Of a DNA stretch of 64,000 nucleotides, positions 31,638-43,200 are shown in pieces. The stretch comes from an uncultured Gilliamella sp. GTDB lineage: Bacteria > Pseudomonadota > Gammaproteobacteria > Enterobacterales > Orbaceae. Where the stretch lies: NCBI GenBank assembly GCA_946481345.1, contig CAMLMY010000003.1, forward strand, positions 27,773-91,772. The letters are read 5' to 3'. Position numbers and translations under genes: made by a program. The notes below the pieces were generated by a model. It saw only the letters and a list, made by a program, of their open reading frames with translations, did not search any database and was not told the DNA's origin. Position 1 is the stretch's first letter; the number at the start of each line of letters is the position of its first letter.

Positions 31638-31991
31638 TTAGAAGCGTAAAACAGCGTCTTGATTGGCTAATAGTTGAGTTAACTGTTTATCATCAATTAA
31701 TTGGTTTGCAATATTGAGAGGAGTTTGCTTTAAGTTTCGTTCATCTAATGATGCTTTACAGACATAAACATCTTCAATGTCATAAAGTTCCAACATATTG
31801 AAAGTAGCAATGTAATCACGCATCAATATCAATTCTGGATGTTGATTAGCTAAGAGATGAAATACACCATCGCCGATAAAAAAGACAGATATATGATTGA
31901 ATGTTGAAAGGGCTAAAGCGATATCTAATGCTTCTCGACCTTTGGCACAGCCATGTGGTGCTGAGCTAATAATGATTGCTACTTTTTTCAT
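31638..31991 (-). CDS. tusC: tRNA 2-thiouridine sulfur relay TusC (DsrF)
   Basis: SAPHG, GREALD, FFIGDGV, RDYIATF. Confidence 0.92.
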   Translation of the reverse strand: MKKVAIIISSAPHGCAKGREALDIALALSTFNHISVFFIGDGVFHLLANQHPELILMRDYIATFNMLELYDIEDVYVCKASLDERNLKQTPLNIANQLIDDKQLTQLLANQDAVLRF

Positions 31992-32007
31992 GTTATTTGC
32001 CTATTAT

Positions 32008-32376
32008 TTAAAATTGTAGAACTCGATCTGAACTTGCTACAGCTTCACTCAACTCGCCAAGGCCGGTTAATTCAAAATGTTCGGCAAGATTATTTACACC
32101 GATACCACGTCTTTGCGCGGCAGCGACACAAACAGTTAGTTTTAACGAATATTGTTTTGCTAAGTTTTGCCAAGCTTTGACTAAATCAAATTCATCATTG
32201 GCTGGATCACTATAACAGTTAGCATTATAAACGCCATCAGCATAGAAAAATATGTTAGCAATCGAATGGTTGCTATTTGAAAGTAATGTTTGAGCAAATT
32301 GATAGGCACAATAAGCAGATTGGGTCCCATAAGCGGGACCCATAATAACCAGTGTATAATTTAATGGTTTCATCAA
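32008..32376 (-). CDS. tusD: Sulfurtransferase TusD (DsrE)
   Basis: GPAYGTQ, FFYADGVYNAN, CVAAAQRRG. Confidence 0.94.
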   Translation of the reverse strand: MMKPLNYTLVIMGPAYGTQSAYCAYQFAQTLLSNSNHSIANIFFYADGVYNANCYSDPANDEFDLVKAWQNLAKQYSLKLTVCVAAAQRRGIGVNNLAEHFELTGLGELSEAVASSDRVLQF

Positions 32377-32397
32377 ATTAGTTTTCTGCTAGTTATT

Positions 32398-33288
32398 TTA
32401 TTTAGCTTGTTCTGCTTCAGCAGGAGCTGATGCTGGAATATCTTCTTTATCGTTATCAATACCAAGTAGCTCAACTTCAAAAACTAAAGTTGATGCAGGT
32501 GTAATTCTCGCTTTATCACCTTGAGCTGGGAAACTTTGGTCACCATATGCTAATTCAGGTGGCACAACTAGTTTAATTTTACCACCGACACCAACTAATT
32601 GGATACCTTCTGTCCAACCTTTAATTACCCCATTAAGTGGGAAAGTTGCTGGTTCATTATGATCATAAGAACTGTCAAATGTACGACCATCTGTTAATGT
32701 ACCAACATAATGGACAATAACAGTATCTTCTGCTGTCGGATGACGACCAGTTCCTTCATTAAGAACTTTATACATTAAACCAGATTTAGTTTTAATTACA
32801 CCTTCTTGCTTAGCAAAATCCTCACGGTATTTTTCACCAGCAGCAGTATTTTCAGTTTTTTGTTTTTCAAAACGAGCTTGGCTTTCTTCTTGAATTCGTT
32901 TACCAAATGCATCTAATACATTTTTAACTTCATCTTGGTTAAGTTGTGAGGCACCACGCATGGTTTCATTAAAGCCACTGATTAGGTATTCTTGATCAGC
33001 AGTTACTTCATTTTGTTCTAAATTTGATTTCATATAGTTAGCAAATGAAGAACCTAATGCATAAGCTTCTTTTTGCGCATCAGTTGAAATTGTCGCTTTA
33101 TCTGCTGAGTTTTGTGCAGTAGCTGCTTCAGTTTTGCTTTCTTTCGCATTGGTATTTTCAGCACTATTTGCCGTTGCAGTGGTTGTTGCTGGTGCTTTGT
33201 TTTCTTCGGTGGTCTTTTTGTCATCACAGCCAGCTAATGCTAATACGATAGCACTACTTACTAATGTCATTTTTATAAATGATTTCAT
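32398..33288 (-). CDS. fkpA: FKBP-type peptidyl-prolyl isomerase FkpA (lipoprotein signal)
   Basis: LAGC lipobox; AYALG; VHYVGTL, FDSSY, VIKGWTEG, LVFEVELL; start MKSF from GGAG RBS. Confidence 0.93.
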   Translation of the reverse strand: MKSFIKMTLVSSAIVLALAGCDDKKTTEENKAPATTTATANSAENTNAKESKTEAATAQNSADKATISTDAQKEAYALGSSFANYMKSNLEQNEVTADQEYLISGFNETMRGASQLNQDEVKNVLDAFGKRIQEESQARFEKQKTENTAAGEKYREDFAKQEGVIKTKSGLMYKVLNEGTGRHPTAEDTVIVHYVGTLTDGRTFDSSYDHNEPATFPLNGVIKGWTEGIQLVGVGGKIKLVVPPELAYGDQSFPAQGDKARITPASTLVFEVELLGIDNDKEDIPASAPAEAEQAK

Positions 33289-33519
33289 TCTACTCTCCAG
33301 GTTAAACATCTTTTTAGCTAAATATTAAACTTATTATATATGATCTAATATAGTATAAAATAGTATTTACATATCATTTAGATAATTTATTGCATTTATT
33401 TGATTTTTTAGTCAGCACAAATTTTAAAATCTGCAGTTTAAATCACTCCTTGAGTGAAAGTGGTATCCTCAGTTATAATAGAAAAAATTTATAGAAAATA
33501 ATGTATAAGGATAGCTATT

Positions 33520-33966
33520 TTGACTACCGAACTTAATACCCTTGATATTGAAGAAATTATCAGTTTACTTCCACACCGTTATCCGTTTTTGATGGTTGAT
33601 CGCGTAATTAGTTATGAGAAAGGTAAAACATTAAAAGCCATTAAAAATGTAACTGTAAATGAACCATTCTTCCAAGGTCACTTCCCGAATAAACCTATTT
33701 TTCCTGGCGTATTGATTTTAGAAGCGATGGCGCAAGCAACTGGAATTTTAGCGTTTAAAAGTATTGAAGAATTGTCACCAGGTCAACTTTATTATTTTGC
33801 TTCAATTGATAAAGCTCGCTTTAAACGACCGGTGGTACCAGGTGATCAAATTATGCTTGATGTTGAATATATTAAAGAGCGTCGAGGCATTGCATTGTTC
33901 CATGGTGTTGCAACCGTCGATGGCAAATTAGTTTGCGAAGCAGAGATGATGTGTGCTCGTAAATAA
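33520..33966 (+). CDS. fabZ: 3-hydroxyacyl-ACP dehydratase
   Basis: [29 protein letters not shown]; TTG start. Confidence 0.98.
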   Translation: MTTELNTLDIEEIISLLPHRYPFLMVDRVISYEKGKTLKAIKNVTVNEPFFQGHFPNKPIFPGVLILEAMAQATGILAFKSIEELSPGQLYYFASIDKARFKRPVVPGDQIMLDVEYIKERRGIALFHGVATVDGKLVCEAEMMCARK

Positions 33967-34006
33967 TTTTGATTTTGAAATATCCCAAACGTATTAAGGA
34001 ATTGCT

Positions 34007-34786
34007 ATGGCAACGGAAATACACCCAAGTTCAGTAGTAGAAAAGGGGGCAAAGATTGGTGATAATGTCAAAATTGGGCCTTTTTGTTATATTGGTGAAA
34101 ATGTTGAAATAGGTGATGGTACCTTTTTAAAATCACATGTAGTGGTTAACGGACACACCAAAATTGGTCAAAATAATCAAATCTATCAATTTGCTTCAAT
34201 TGGTGAAGTTAACCAAGATCTGAAATATCGTGGTGAACCAACTCGCACCGAAATAGGTGATCGCAATATGATTCGTGAAAGTGTGACGATTCATCGTGGT
34301 ACCGTTCAAGGAGGTGAATTAACCCGTATAGGCAGTGATAATTTATTGATGATTAATGCCCATGTTGCGCATGACTGTATTATTGGTGATCGTTGTATTT
34401 TAGCTAATAATGCCACACTTGGTGGTCATGTTCAGTTAGATAATCATGTGATTATTGGCGGTATGACAGCAGTACACCAATTTTGTGTAATCGGTTCTCA
34501 CGTTATGGTTGGCGGTTGTTCTGGCGTTGCTCAAGATGTACCTCCTTATGTTATTGCTCAAGGAAATCACGCAACACCACATGGCGTCAATTATGAAGGC
34601 TTGAAACGTCGAGGCTTTAGTAAAGAAGCACTACAAGCCATCCGCAACACATACAAAATTCTATATCGAAATGGGTTAACGCTTGACGATGCTAAAGTTG
34701 AAATTGCAACGCTTGCTAAACAGCACCCAGAAGTGCAGCTGTTTATTGACTTTTTTGATCGTTCAACCCGAGGCATTATCCGTTAA
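34007..34786 (+). CDS. lpxA: UDP-GlcNAc acyltransferase
   Basis: Hexapeptide repeats, QDLKY, HVAHDC, STRGIIR. Confidence 0.98.
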   Translation: MATEIHPSSVVEKGAKIGDNVKIGPFCYIGENVEIGDGTFLKSHVVVNGHTKIGQNNQIYQFASIGEVNQDLKYRGEPTRTEIGDRNMIRESVTIHRGTVQGGELTRIGSDNLLMINAHVAHDCIIGDRCILANNATLGGHVQLDNHVIIGGMTAVHQFCVIGSHVMVGGCSGVAQDVPPYVIAQGNHATPHGVNYEGLKRRGFSKEALQAIRNTYKILYRNGLTLDDAKVEIATLAKQHPEVQLFIDFFDRSTRGIIR

Positions 34787-35940
34787 TGACAGATAAGCAG
34801 TTAACAATTGCTCTGGTCGCCGGTGAAACATCTGGCGATATTCTCGGTGCTGGTTTAATTCGTACTCTTAAAAAACATCATCCTAATATTAAATTTGTCG
34901 GTATTGCTGGTCCACGAATGCAAGCTGAAGGTTGCCAAGCTTGGTATGAAATGGAAGAGCTATCAGTGATGGGGATTGTCGAGGTATTAGGTCGGCTACG
35001 GCGTATTTTAGCTATTCGTCGTGATATTACTAAACGTTTGATTGATCTCAAACCCGATGTCTTTATTGGTATTGATGCACCGGATTTTAATCTCTCTTTA
35101 GAAGGTAAGCTTAAACAAGCTAGTATTAAAACGATTCATTATGTCAGTCCTTCTGTTTGGGCGTGGAAGCAAAAGCGGGTATTTAAGATTAAACGCAATA
35201 CTAATTTGATTTTAGCTTTTCTTCCTTTCGAAAAAGCCTTTTATGATAAATTTGATGTACCTTGTCGATTTATTGGTCATAAAATGGCCGATGATATTCC
35301 TCTCGAACCCGATCAAACAGCTATGCGTCAACAGTTAGGTATTCCTGTTGATTGCCAATGCTTAGCCTTATTGCCCGGTAGTCGTCATGCCGAAGTAACG
35401 TTATTATCTGAACCTTTTTTAAAAGCAGCGCAATTGTTACGTGATAAATTTCCTGATCTGCATATTGTAGTTCCGTTAGTAAATGGTAAAAGAAGAGCGG
35501 AATTTGAACAAATAAAGGCAGAGATTGCACCAAAACTTAATCTGCAATTATTAGATGGTCATGCTCGGGAAGCGATGATTGCCAGTAATGCTGCAATTTT
35601 AGCTTCGGGAACAGTGGCACTTGAGTGTATGCTGGCTAAATGCCCAATGGTTGTTGGCTATAAAATGAAGGCTTTCACCTTTTGGTTGGCGAAAAAACTA
35701 ATTAAAACACCTTATGTTTCATTACCGAATATTCTTGCTGGCAAGGAAATTGTTCCGGAATTACTACAGCATGATTGTACGCCAGAAAATATTGCTAACC
35801 ATATTGTTCCCTTGTTAAAAAGTGATAATAGCGAATTAAAAGCAACATTTTTGGCTTTGCATAAACAAATTCGTTGTAATGCTGATGAACAAGCTGCGCA
35901 AGCGGTGTTAGATGTATTAAAGGATCCCTCTAATTGTTAA
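34786..35940 (+). CDS. lpxB: Lipid-A-disaccharide synthase
   Basis: [30 protein letters not shown]. Confidence 0.98.
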   Translation: MTDKQLTIALVAGETSGDILGAGLIRTLKKHHPNIKFVGIAGPRMQAEGCQAWYEMEELSVMGIVEVLGRLRRILAIRRDITKRLIDLKPDVFIGIDAPDFNLSLEGKLKQASIKTIHYVSPSVWAWKQKRVFKIKRNTNLILAFLPFEKAFYDKFDVPCRFIGHKMADDIPLEPDQTAMRQQLGIPVDCQCLALLPGSRHAEVTLLSEPFLKAAQLLRDKFPDLHIVVPLVNGKRRAEFEQIKAEIAPKLNLQLLDGHAREAMIASNAAILASGTVALECMLAKCPMVVGYKMKAFTFWLAKKLIKTPYVSLPNILAGKEIVPELLQHDCTPENIANHIVPLLKSDNSELKATFLALHKQIRCNADEQAAQAVLDVLKDPSNC

Positions 35941-36524
35941 AATTTACTTATCCAGATGCAACGTTAATTGCTGGTGTTGATGAAGTCGGTCGTGGTCCAC
36001 TTTGTGGTGATGTTGTTACTGCTGCTGTTATTTTAGATCCAAATAACCCCATTGTTGGATTAACTGATTCGAAAAAATTGTCAGAAAAAAAACGTGAAGC
36101 GCTCTTCGATGTTATTAAAAAAAATGCATTAGCATGGTGTGTGGCTAGGGCATCTGTAGATGAGATTGATGAACTCAATATCCTACATGCTACTATGCTG
36201 GCGATGCAACGAGCGGTGTCAGGCTTAAACATTAAACCAAATTATGTATTAGTTGATGGTAATCGTTGCCCTAATTTTGGTATTCGAACCCAAGCAGTGG
36301 TTAAAGGCGATCTGTTAGTGGCTGAAATTAGTGCTGCATCGATTTTAGCCAAAGTGACGCGTGATCGTGAAATGGTTGAGCTTGATAAGTTATACCCTCA
36401 ATATGGTTTAGCCAAACATAAAGGCTATCCAACCAAAGATCATTTAAACGCCATTGAACAACATGGCGTGAATCATCTATATCGTAAAAGCTTTGCACCA
36501 ATAAAAAGATTATTACTAATTTAA
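35934..36524 (+). CDS. rnhB: Ribonuclease HII
   Basis: [26 protein letters not shown]. Confidence 0.97.
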   Translation: MLKFTYPDATLIAGVDEVGRGPLCGDVVTAAVILDPNNPIVGLTDSKKLSEKKREALFDVIKKNALAWCVARASVDEIDELNILHATMLAMQRAVSGLNIKPNYVLVDGNRCPNFGIRTQAVVKGDLLVAEISAASILAKVTRDREMVELDKLYPQYGLAKHKGYPTKDHLNAIEQHGVNHLYRKSFAPIKRLLLI

Positions 36525-37123
36525 TCGCGCTTATCAACTGTGCTAAGTAGTGGTGAATTAAATATCGCAACCGGTGATATCACTGTTTCTTGATATGGAA
36601 TGTTATTACCATAACGTTCTTTTAGTTTTTGTTTAACCGCCGGCGATGATAAATTAAAATCTTTAATTGTTTGTAATTGACCAATTTTTAATTTAAGCGC
36701 TCGATTATAAATTTTCCACACTAATTCTGAACAATAAATATATTTGTCATCCCAACCAAACCAAATATCGTAAGGTTTATTTTCAAATTTATGGGCGACT
36801 TGTTTTAAACTGGTAATTTCTTGCTGAGATAATGGATGATTTTTTAATCGTTTAATCACATATGTTTTATTTTTGCCACGATTTATCCATTTATCTAACG
36901 GGGTATAAATAACTTTACTTGCGGCTTCAAAAACATAAGGTTTGCCATTTTTAATAAAAATTATTCCTACATGACTATAAGGTGAATTTGTTGCTTGCTC
37001 AATGGCTTTACTTTGGTTTGATTGAGAAGATTGGAAAATAATATCGCCATCGTGTGGCTGATAATTTGCTATAGCTGTGTAACTAGCGAAAAGTAAACTA
37101 AAAATGAAAATAAAACGCATCAT
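36521..37123 (-). CDS. yiiX: YiiX/YebB-like permuted papain-like (NlpC/P60) amidase
   Basis: Signal peptide; GDIIFQ, SPYSHVG, YCSELVW. Confidence 0.85.
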   Translation of the reverse strand: MMRFIFIFSLLFASYTAIANYQPHDGDIIFQSSQSNQSKAIEQATNSPYSHVGIIFIKNGKPYVFEAASKVIYTPLDKWINRGKNKTYVIKRLKNHPLSQQEITSLKQVAHKFENKPYDIWFGWDDKYIYCSELVWKIYNRALKLKIGQLQTIKDFNLSSPAVKQKLKERYGNNIPYQETVISPVAIFNSPLLSTVDKRD

Positions 37124-37166
37124 CTATTATCTATATAGTTGTAATTAAGATAATAGTATAAGCGAA

Positions 37167-37200
37167 AACAGCTACTTAACAAAATTTTTCAGTAGCTGTT
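37167..37200 (-). terminator. Terminator after ndh
   Basis: Minus strand AACAGCTACT...AGTAGCTGTTTT. Confidence 0.6.
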
Positions 37201-37216
37201 AAATATTTTTTAGCAA

Positions 37217-38506
37217 TTAATCACGATTACTAAAAATCGAAGTTGATTTGGTTTTATACATAAATTTGCTAGCACTGGCAAAACGAATAGTTTTAAAAAT
37301 ACCAAGTAAGCTTGCTTGATGCATACGATAGAGTAGTTTGTGGATCATTAAAGCGAAAAATCCTCTCACTCCCATTTCACTATTACCAATTAATTTGACT
37401 ACACCTTCAGCGGTATCATGTAATGAAATCACAGTACCTTTATCAGTATATTTAAATGTTTTTAATGATTGGTTGTTTAATAATCTAACGATATTTTCAT
37501 AGCAAACTTTTGCCATTTGATGAGCTGCTTGAGCGGTAGGTGGTGAAGCATGACCATTGTCTTGCATTGCGTATGCGCAATCACCAATAACAAAAATACT
37601 GTCATCACGAGATGTTTGTAATGTTGGTTTTACTACTAATTGATTTGATCGGCTTGATTCTAGACCTGCGATCTCTTTTAAATAATCAGGCGCTTTAACG
37701 CCAGCAGTCCAAATCATCATATCGGCTTTAATGGTTTCACCTTCTTTCGGATAAAATCCATCGCTTTCCGCTTTAGTAATCATAGTATTGGTTAATACAT
37801 GAATCCCTTGTTTTTTAAGTGTTTTAGTAATACTAGCTGCGGTTTTTTCTGGTAAAGCCGGTAAAATACGATCGGTTGCTTCAATGACTGAAACATCTAA
37901 TAGATCGGAACACATTTTATTACGACCGCAAGCACCAAATGTTTCCACCATATGAGGTAGTTCAGAAGCTAATTCGACTCCAGTCGCCCCACCGCCAACG
38001 ATAGCAATATGAATTTTATCTTCTTTTGTGGTTTGATCGTCATCAATGATCGAACAAAAACCAGTAAATTTATTAATTAAGGTTTCACGTAGGCGAATAG
38101 CGGCATTTTGGTCATCTAAGAAGATACAATGTTCTTTCACACCAGGGGTACCAAAGTCATTAGAAGTGCTACCAATAGCAATAACTAAAATATCATAATC
38201 AACAAGAACAGTTTCATCGTTATGATTGATAATGCTAATTTGCTTTTGGTTGCGATCAAGGTTGGTGAAGGTACCTTGAGTAAATTCGAAATTATGCTGT
38301 TGTCCTTGCGATGCATAATAAATATTATCAACTTGCTCATCAAGTACACCAGTTGCTACTTCATGTAATAGTGGTTTCCATAGATGATAACTGTTTTTAT
38401 CAATTAAGGTAATTTGAGCTTTATCCGTTTTGCCTAATTTATCGCCTAGGTCGGTAGCAAGCTCTAAACCGCCAGCACCACCGCCAATAATAATTATTTT
38501 TTGCAT
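37217..38506 (-). CDS. ndh: Type II NADH dehydrogenase
   Basis: IIGGGAGG, WKPLLHEVATG, VGGGATGVELA, AQAAHQ. Confidence 0.93.
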   Translation of the reverse strand: MQKIIIIGGGAGGLELATDLGDKLGKTDKAQITLIDKNSYHLWKPLLHEVATGVLDEQVDNIYYASQGQQHNFEFTQGTFTNLDRNQKQISIINHNDETVLVDYDILVIAIGSTSNDFGTPGVKEHCIFLDDQNAAIRLRETLINKFTGFCSIIDDDQTTKEDKIHIAIVGGGATGVELASELPHMVETFGACGRNKMCSDLLDVSVIEATDRILPALPEKTAASITKTLKKQGIHVLTNTMITKAESDGFYPKEGETIKADMMIWTAGVKAPDYLKEIAGLESSRSNQLVVKPTLQTSRDDSIFVIGDCAYAMQDNGHASPPTAQAAHQMAKVCYENIVRLLNNQSLKTFKYTDKGTVISLHDTAEGVVKLIGNSEMGVRGFFALMIHKLLYRMHQASLLGIFKTIRFASASKFMYKTKSTSIFSNRD

Positions 38507-38841
38507 ATTTTAAGCCTTATTATTTCAATTAAAAAATATCATACTAAATAAGTAGGTTTTTATCTATTTCTTTTGACTGATAACATTTATAAATAAAATC
38601 TATTAAAATGATGGTTTACAATTATTGAAATTTATCTAAGGCTAAAATAGAATAATCTGTAATATAGTTGTAAATAATTCCTTCTAATTGTTATTTGAGC
38701 ATAAAATATAGCTTTGATTGTTTAAATTCAGCACGATATCCCATGATATAATATTTGTAATTGAAGTATGCTAATTCTTTATTACATACAATTACCCTAG
38801 TTGTTTAGGTCTTATCTGATACTTATTAATCTAAAAAATAT

Positions 38842-39813
38842 ATGAATAAAAAAATTTTTATTGTAGTTGCATTGATTGTTATTTTAATTTCAATGACGAT
38901 TTTAATTCGTGCTCATAGTAGCCAGCTAATTTTGCAAGGTGAAGTGGATGCACCTAATGTTAGCATTTCCTCAAAAGCAAAGGGGCGAGTGCAGACTATT
39001 CATGTCAATCGAGGTGATGATGTTAAGCAAAATGACATCTTAATTACACTCGATAGTCCTGAATTGTTAGCGCAAGTTAAAGCCGCTGAAGCAGCTAGAG
39101 AGCAAGCGCAAGCACAAGTGCAACTTTCTCAAAATGGTACTCGTGAAGAGAGTATTCGTTATTATGAAGCATTACTTGAACAAGCTAAAGTTGCTTACGA
39201 TAATGCTTTTAAAGAATACAATCGTAACAAAGCGATTTCGGCCAAAGGCTTTGTCTCGCAATCAATATTAGATAGTGCGCTAAAAACTCGCGATGCGGCT
39301 TATCAACAAGTGTTGTCAGCTCAAGCTAATTTAGATCAAGCCAAAAATGGCGATCGGGTTGAACAACGTGAAATCTATAATGCTAAATTAAAAGAGGCTG
39401 AAGAGCAGCTTAAACAACTACAGATCCAATATGATGATTTGCAAGTTAAAGCGCCAGTAGATGGGGAAGTAGGTTCAATTCCTGCTGAAGTTGGCGAGCT
39501 ATTTAATCCTAATAGTCCACTATTAACGGTTATTCGCTTACCGCAAGCTTATTTTGTGTTTAATCTGCGTGAAAATATTATGCCTAATATTCACAAAGGT
39601 GATCATGTTAAGCTGGAAGTTCCTGCGCTTGGTAATAAAGAAATTGAAGCTGAAATTCGTTTTATTGCACCAATGGGAGATTATGCGACTAAACGGGCAA
39701 CGCGAGCGACGGGTGATTTTGATTTAAAAACGTTTGAAATTAGACTTTATCCAACTAAACCTGTAGAAGGCTTACGTGCAGGTATGAGTACATTATGGAA
39801 AATCGACGACTAA
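38842..39813 (+). CDS. HlyD-family membrane fusion protein
   Basis: N-terminal TM, lipoyl halves, coiled coil, KAPVDG, ATRATGDFDLKTFE. Confidence 0.9.
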   Translation: MNKKIFIVVALIVILISMTILIRAHSSQLILQGEVDAPNVSISSKAKGRVQTIHVNRGDDVKQNDILITLDSPELLAQVKAAEAAREQAQAQVQLSQNGTREESIRYYEALLEQAKVAYDNAFKEYNRNKAISAKGFVSQSILDSALKTRDAAYQQVLSAQANLDQAKNGDRVEQREIYNAKLKEAEEQLKQLQIQYDDLQVKAPVDGEVGSIPAEVGELFNPNSPLLTVIRLPQAYFVFNLRENIMPNIHKGDHVKLEVPALGNKEIEAEIRFIAPMGDYATKRATRATGDFDLKTFEIRLYPTKPVEGLRAGMSTLWKIDD

Positions 39814-40934
39814 TTTTAGACTTCTGGCATCGCTTTAAAGACGCATTTAACGATGAAATCCCAGATATATTTAAGCGCTTTACTTTCCACTGGTTAATGT
39901 GGATTTTACCGCTGATTATCTTTGTGATCATCAGTAGTATATTTTACCGAGGTGTGTTATTTGATCTGCCAGTAGGCTATGTCGATCAAGATAAAAGTAC
40001 TTTATCTCGTGAAATTGTTCGCGATCTTAATGCTGGTGCGCATGCAAATTTATTCAATTATGATAATCAGCTTAAGAGCGCAGAACGCGATTTAGAAAAA
40101 GCAAAAATCTACGCTATTTTGTATATTCCGCCTAATTTTGAAGCTGATGTGTTAGCAGGACGTCAACCAACACCGATGCTCTATTATAATGCTTTATACT
40201 ATAGTGCTGGCCTCTATTCTATAATGGATTATTCAGGTTTAATAGCCTCATTAAACACTCAATATCGTACCACAATGGCAACAAGTATTGGTTTGCCGGT
40301 ACCGAAACTTGCACAAGTTAATTTCAATTATGATGGGCTATTTAATGCCAGTGGTAACTCAATGTACTTTCAGCAGTTTTCTGCAGTTGTACATTTATTA
40401 CAATTATTTGTTGTAACAACAACTATTTATATTTTATCTCGCTTGCCTAAGCGAACTCGGCCTAATTATCCGTTTGTTTTGGGTAAATTAGCACCTTATA
40501 CCATTTGGTATACTATGTTGTTAATGTTTGAAATAGCAATGTTAGTGTTATTTTCTGATGCTAGGGTATCAGGTTCTCCATTCGCCATGATGCTAGTGGT
40601 GTTTTTTTATGTAATTGCAGCACAAAGTATCGGTATTTTACTTTATTCGTTTACCAAAAATGTATTAGATGCTTATACCTATATTGGGGTGTTAGTTGGA
40701 TTGGCATTAACTTATTCGGGGGTAGTTGTGCCAGAATTGTCAATGCCATGGATAGCGAGATTTATTTCGTCCCTTGAACCTTTAACCTATGCGCTTAATA
40801 AATTATTCGATCTATTTTTACGGCATTCTAGCTATATATCGGTATTGAAAACCTGCGCTATTTTAATGATCTATCCAATAATTATTACAGTATTAGTAAG
40901 AAAACGTTTAGTCAAACGTTTACATTCACAGTAA
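39795..40934 (+). CDS. ABC-2 type permease (YbhS/YhhJ-like)
   Basis: LPVGYVDQDKSTLSR periplasmic domain plus 6 TM; exact start uncertain. Confidence 0.85.
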   Translation: MENRRLILDFWHRFKDAFNDEIPDIFKRFTFHWLMWILPLIIFVIISSIFYRGVLFDLPVGYVDQDKSTLSREIVRDLNAGAHANLFNYDNQLKSAERDLEKAKIYAILYIPPNFEADVLAGRQPTPMLYYNALYYSAGLYSIMDYSGLIASLNTQYRTTMATSIGLPVPKLAQVNFNYDGLFNASGNSMYFQQFSAVVHLLQLFVVTTTIYILSRLPKRTRPNYPFVLGKLAPYTIWYTMLLMFEIAMLVLFSDARVSGSPFAMMLVVFFYVIAAQSIGILLYSFTKNVLDAYTYIGVLVGLALTYSGVVVPELSMPWIARFISSLEPLTYALNKLFDLFLRHSSYISVLKTCAILMIYPIIITVLVRKRLVKRLHSQ

Positions 40935-40948
40935 GAGGCTATATTGGC

Positions 40949-42136
40949 ATGCTTAAGCTATTTCTATCTTCAGCAGTAAAAATGTTTTTTTATATGCTAA
41001 TGCGACCAATGTGGCTGTTGCTATTAGTATCTGTCTCGTTAATGAGTTTAGTCTATGTGAATGGTACCATCACCAATTTGCCGGTTGCGATTGTTGATCA
41101 AGATCATACTACCACCAGTCGAAGTCTGATTCGTTCTTTAAATACCAGTTCCAAAATTGATGTGCTTACTTATGAAAATTCATTGCAAGCCTATGATGAT
41201 ATTAACAGCCGTAAGTTATTTGCGGTGTTCACCATTCCGCGGGATTTTGAAAAGCGACTATTGAATGGTGAAGATGTAACAATCCCTGCTTATGGTGATG
41301 CCTCCAGCCGTTTAGCAAATGGTCTGATACAGGTGGATATTAGAGGAATATATCAACAAATATTGACCGAATATAATACCCGTGTGATGCGGAATAGTGG
41401 TTTTTCTGATCCACAAATTAATATCATATTATCACCAATTAAAGGGCAAACTATGCCGCTTTATAATGCTGGTATCAGTTTTGCAGCGATAACGTTTCCT
41501 GGCTTGTTAGTCATGTTATTGCAACATACCTTTTTAATAGCAACAACACGAACTAATCTAACTTTGCATTCACTGCCACAAGGAAAACCACCAAAAATTG
41601 TCATATTTGGTAGCTTGTGTGGTCTTATTCCGATATGGCTATTTTTGTCTTTAGTCCTATTTGGATTATGGCCATGGGTGCTTGGTTATCGGCAATTAGC
41701 TAGCATTCCAGCTATTTTGGTGATGACATTTCCGCTATTATTAGGCGTATTAGGCTTAAGTAAATTACTGACTGAATGTTTACATCGAACCGAGATGATT
41801 TACTTAACTTTAGCTTTTTTGACAACACCGGTATTTTATCTATCCGGTACCATATGGCCACTTGATGCCATGCCGTTATGGGTACAAACGGTATCACGGA
41901 TGTTACCATCAACTTGGGCAACCAATATGATTGCTGGAGTAAATCAGATGGGATTAGGTTTGTCAGATAATTTATTTAATATCTTTATGATTCTATTTCT
42001 TGGTGCAATTTATGGTTCGTTAGGCTTTTTTATTGCAGCATTGCGAGAGGGTAAAATCAGAGGATACATCAGAAAAATAAAGAAATTTATGCATTCCAAT
42101 AATAAAAAAATTGATAATAAACCATCTATTAGTTAG
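40949..42136 (+). CDS. ABC-2 type permease (YbhR-like)
   Basis: LPVAIVDQDHT, LSGTIWPLDAMP. Confidence 0.87.
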   Translation: MLKLFLSSAVKMFFYMLMRPMWLLLLVSVSLMSLVYVNGTITNLPVAIVDQDHTTTSRSLIRSLNTSSKIDVLTYENSLQAYDDINSRKLFAVFTIPRDFEKRLLNGEDVTIPAYGDASSRLANGLIQVDIRGIYQQILTEYNTRVMRNSGFSDPQINIILSPIKGQTMPLYNAGISFAAITFPGLLVMLLQHTFLIATTRTNLTLHSLPQGKPPKIVIFGSLCGLIPIWLFLSLVLFGLWPWVLGYRQLASIPAILVMTFPLLLGVLGLSKLLTECLHRTEMIYLTLAFLTTPVFYLSGTIWPLDAMPLWVQTVSRMLPSTWATNMIAGVNQMGLGLSDNLFNIFMILFLGAIYGSLGFFIAALREGKIRGYIRKIKKFMHSNNKKIDNKPSIS

Positions 42137-42208
42137 TGCTAATGGATGAATATACTATCAATTACTGATATGATGAATGATTGATTTTTTCGCAAAAAAA
42201 ACAGTTAT

Positions 42209-43111
42209 ATGGCCAATAAATGTTATCCATGGATTATTAGTTTACGTCCGAAAACATTAGCTTTATCGTTTTCTGCTATTTTGTTGGGCAATGCGCTTGC
42301 CTATTGGCAACATTCTTTTGATCTAATTATTATGTTGTTAGCAATGATTACTGCAGCGTTGTTACAAATTTTATCAAATTTAGCCAACGATTATGGTGAT
42401 GCGGTTAAAGGTGGCGATAAACACAATTTAATCGGCCATCAACGTGGTTTACAGCTAGGTCTAATCACTCTTAATCAGTTAAAAATAGCTATCTGGATCA
42501 CCATTATATTGTGTGTTTGCTCTGGATTGACTCTACTTTGGTTAGCCTGTAATAACGCTTATCAATTATTAATTTTTATCTTATTAGGTTTATCTTCAAT
42601 CATCGCAGCAATTACTTATACCGTTGGTAAAAAACCTTATGGCTATATTGGCTTAGGTGATCTATCGGTGTTAATCTTCTTTGGCTTAGTTGGTGTGATG
42701 GGCAGTTATTATTTACAGACTAAAACTTTATCGGCATCAATAGTTTTTCCTGCAATAGCTAGTGGTTTGTTGGCAGTGGGAGTGCTGAATATTAATAATT
42801 TGCGTGATTATGAAAGTGATAAACAACATCATAAACGGACTTTGATTGTGCTGATTGGTAAAACTTATGGTTGTTGTTATCAGTTAGTTTTGTTAATTGT
42901 ATCATTATGTTTCTTTGGTTTATTTGCTTATCAACAGTTACACACTTATTGCAGTGGTATCTTTTTATTAACACTGCCGTTGTATCTTAAACATATGTAC
43001 ATGGTGTTTAAATTTAATACGAATAAAGACGCTGTGCCACTATTAGTACAAATGGTCAAACTTGCTTTATTGACTAATTTACTTTATTGTTTAGGTATTA
43101 TTTTGAGCTAG
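42209..43111 (+). CDS. menA: 1,4-dihydroxy-2-naphthoate polyprenyltransferase
   Basis: SLRPKTL, SNLANDYGD, NINNLRD. Confidence 0.94.
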   Translation: MANKCYPWIISLRPKTLALSFSAILLGNALAYWQHSFDLIIMLLAMITAALLQILSNLANDYGDAVKGGDKHNLIGHQRGLQLGLITLNQLKIAIWITIILCVCSGLTLLWLACNNAYQLLIFILLGLSSIIAAITYTVGKKPYGYIGLGDLSVLIFFGLVGVMGSYYLQTKTLSASIVFPAIASGLLAVGVLNINNLRDYESDKQHHKRTLIVLIGKTYGCCYQLVLLIVSLCFFGLFAYQQLHTYCSGIFLLTLPLYLKHMYMVFKFNTNKDAVPLLVQMVKLALLTNLLYCLGIILS

Positions 43112-43200
43112 CTCACGTTTATTCCAAATTTATATCGTTTTACTTCATGTTAGCGTTATACTAGAACCGAATAGATATTACCGTATAAGGAGACTCGACC

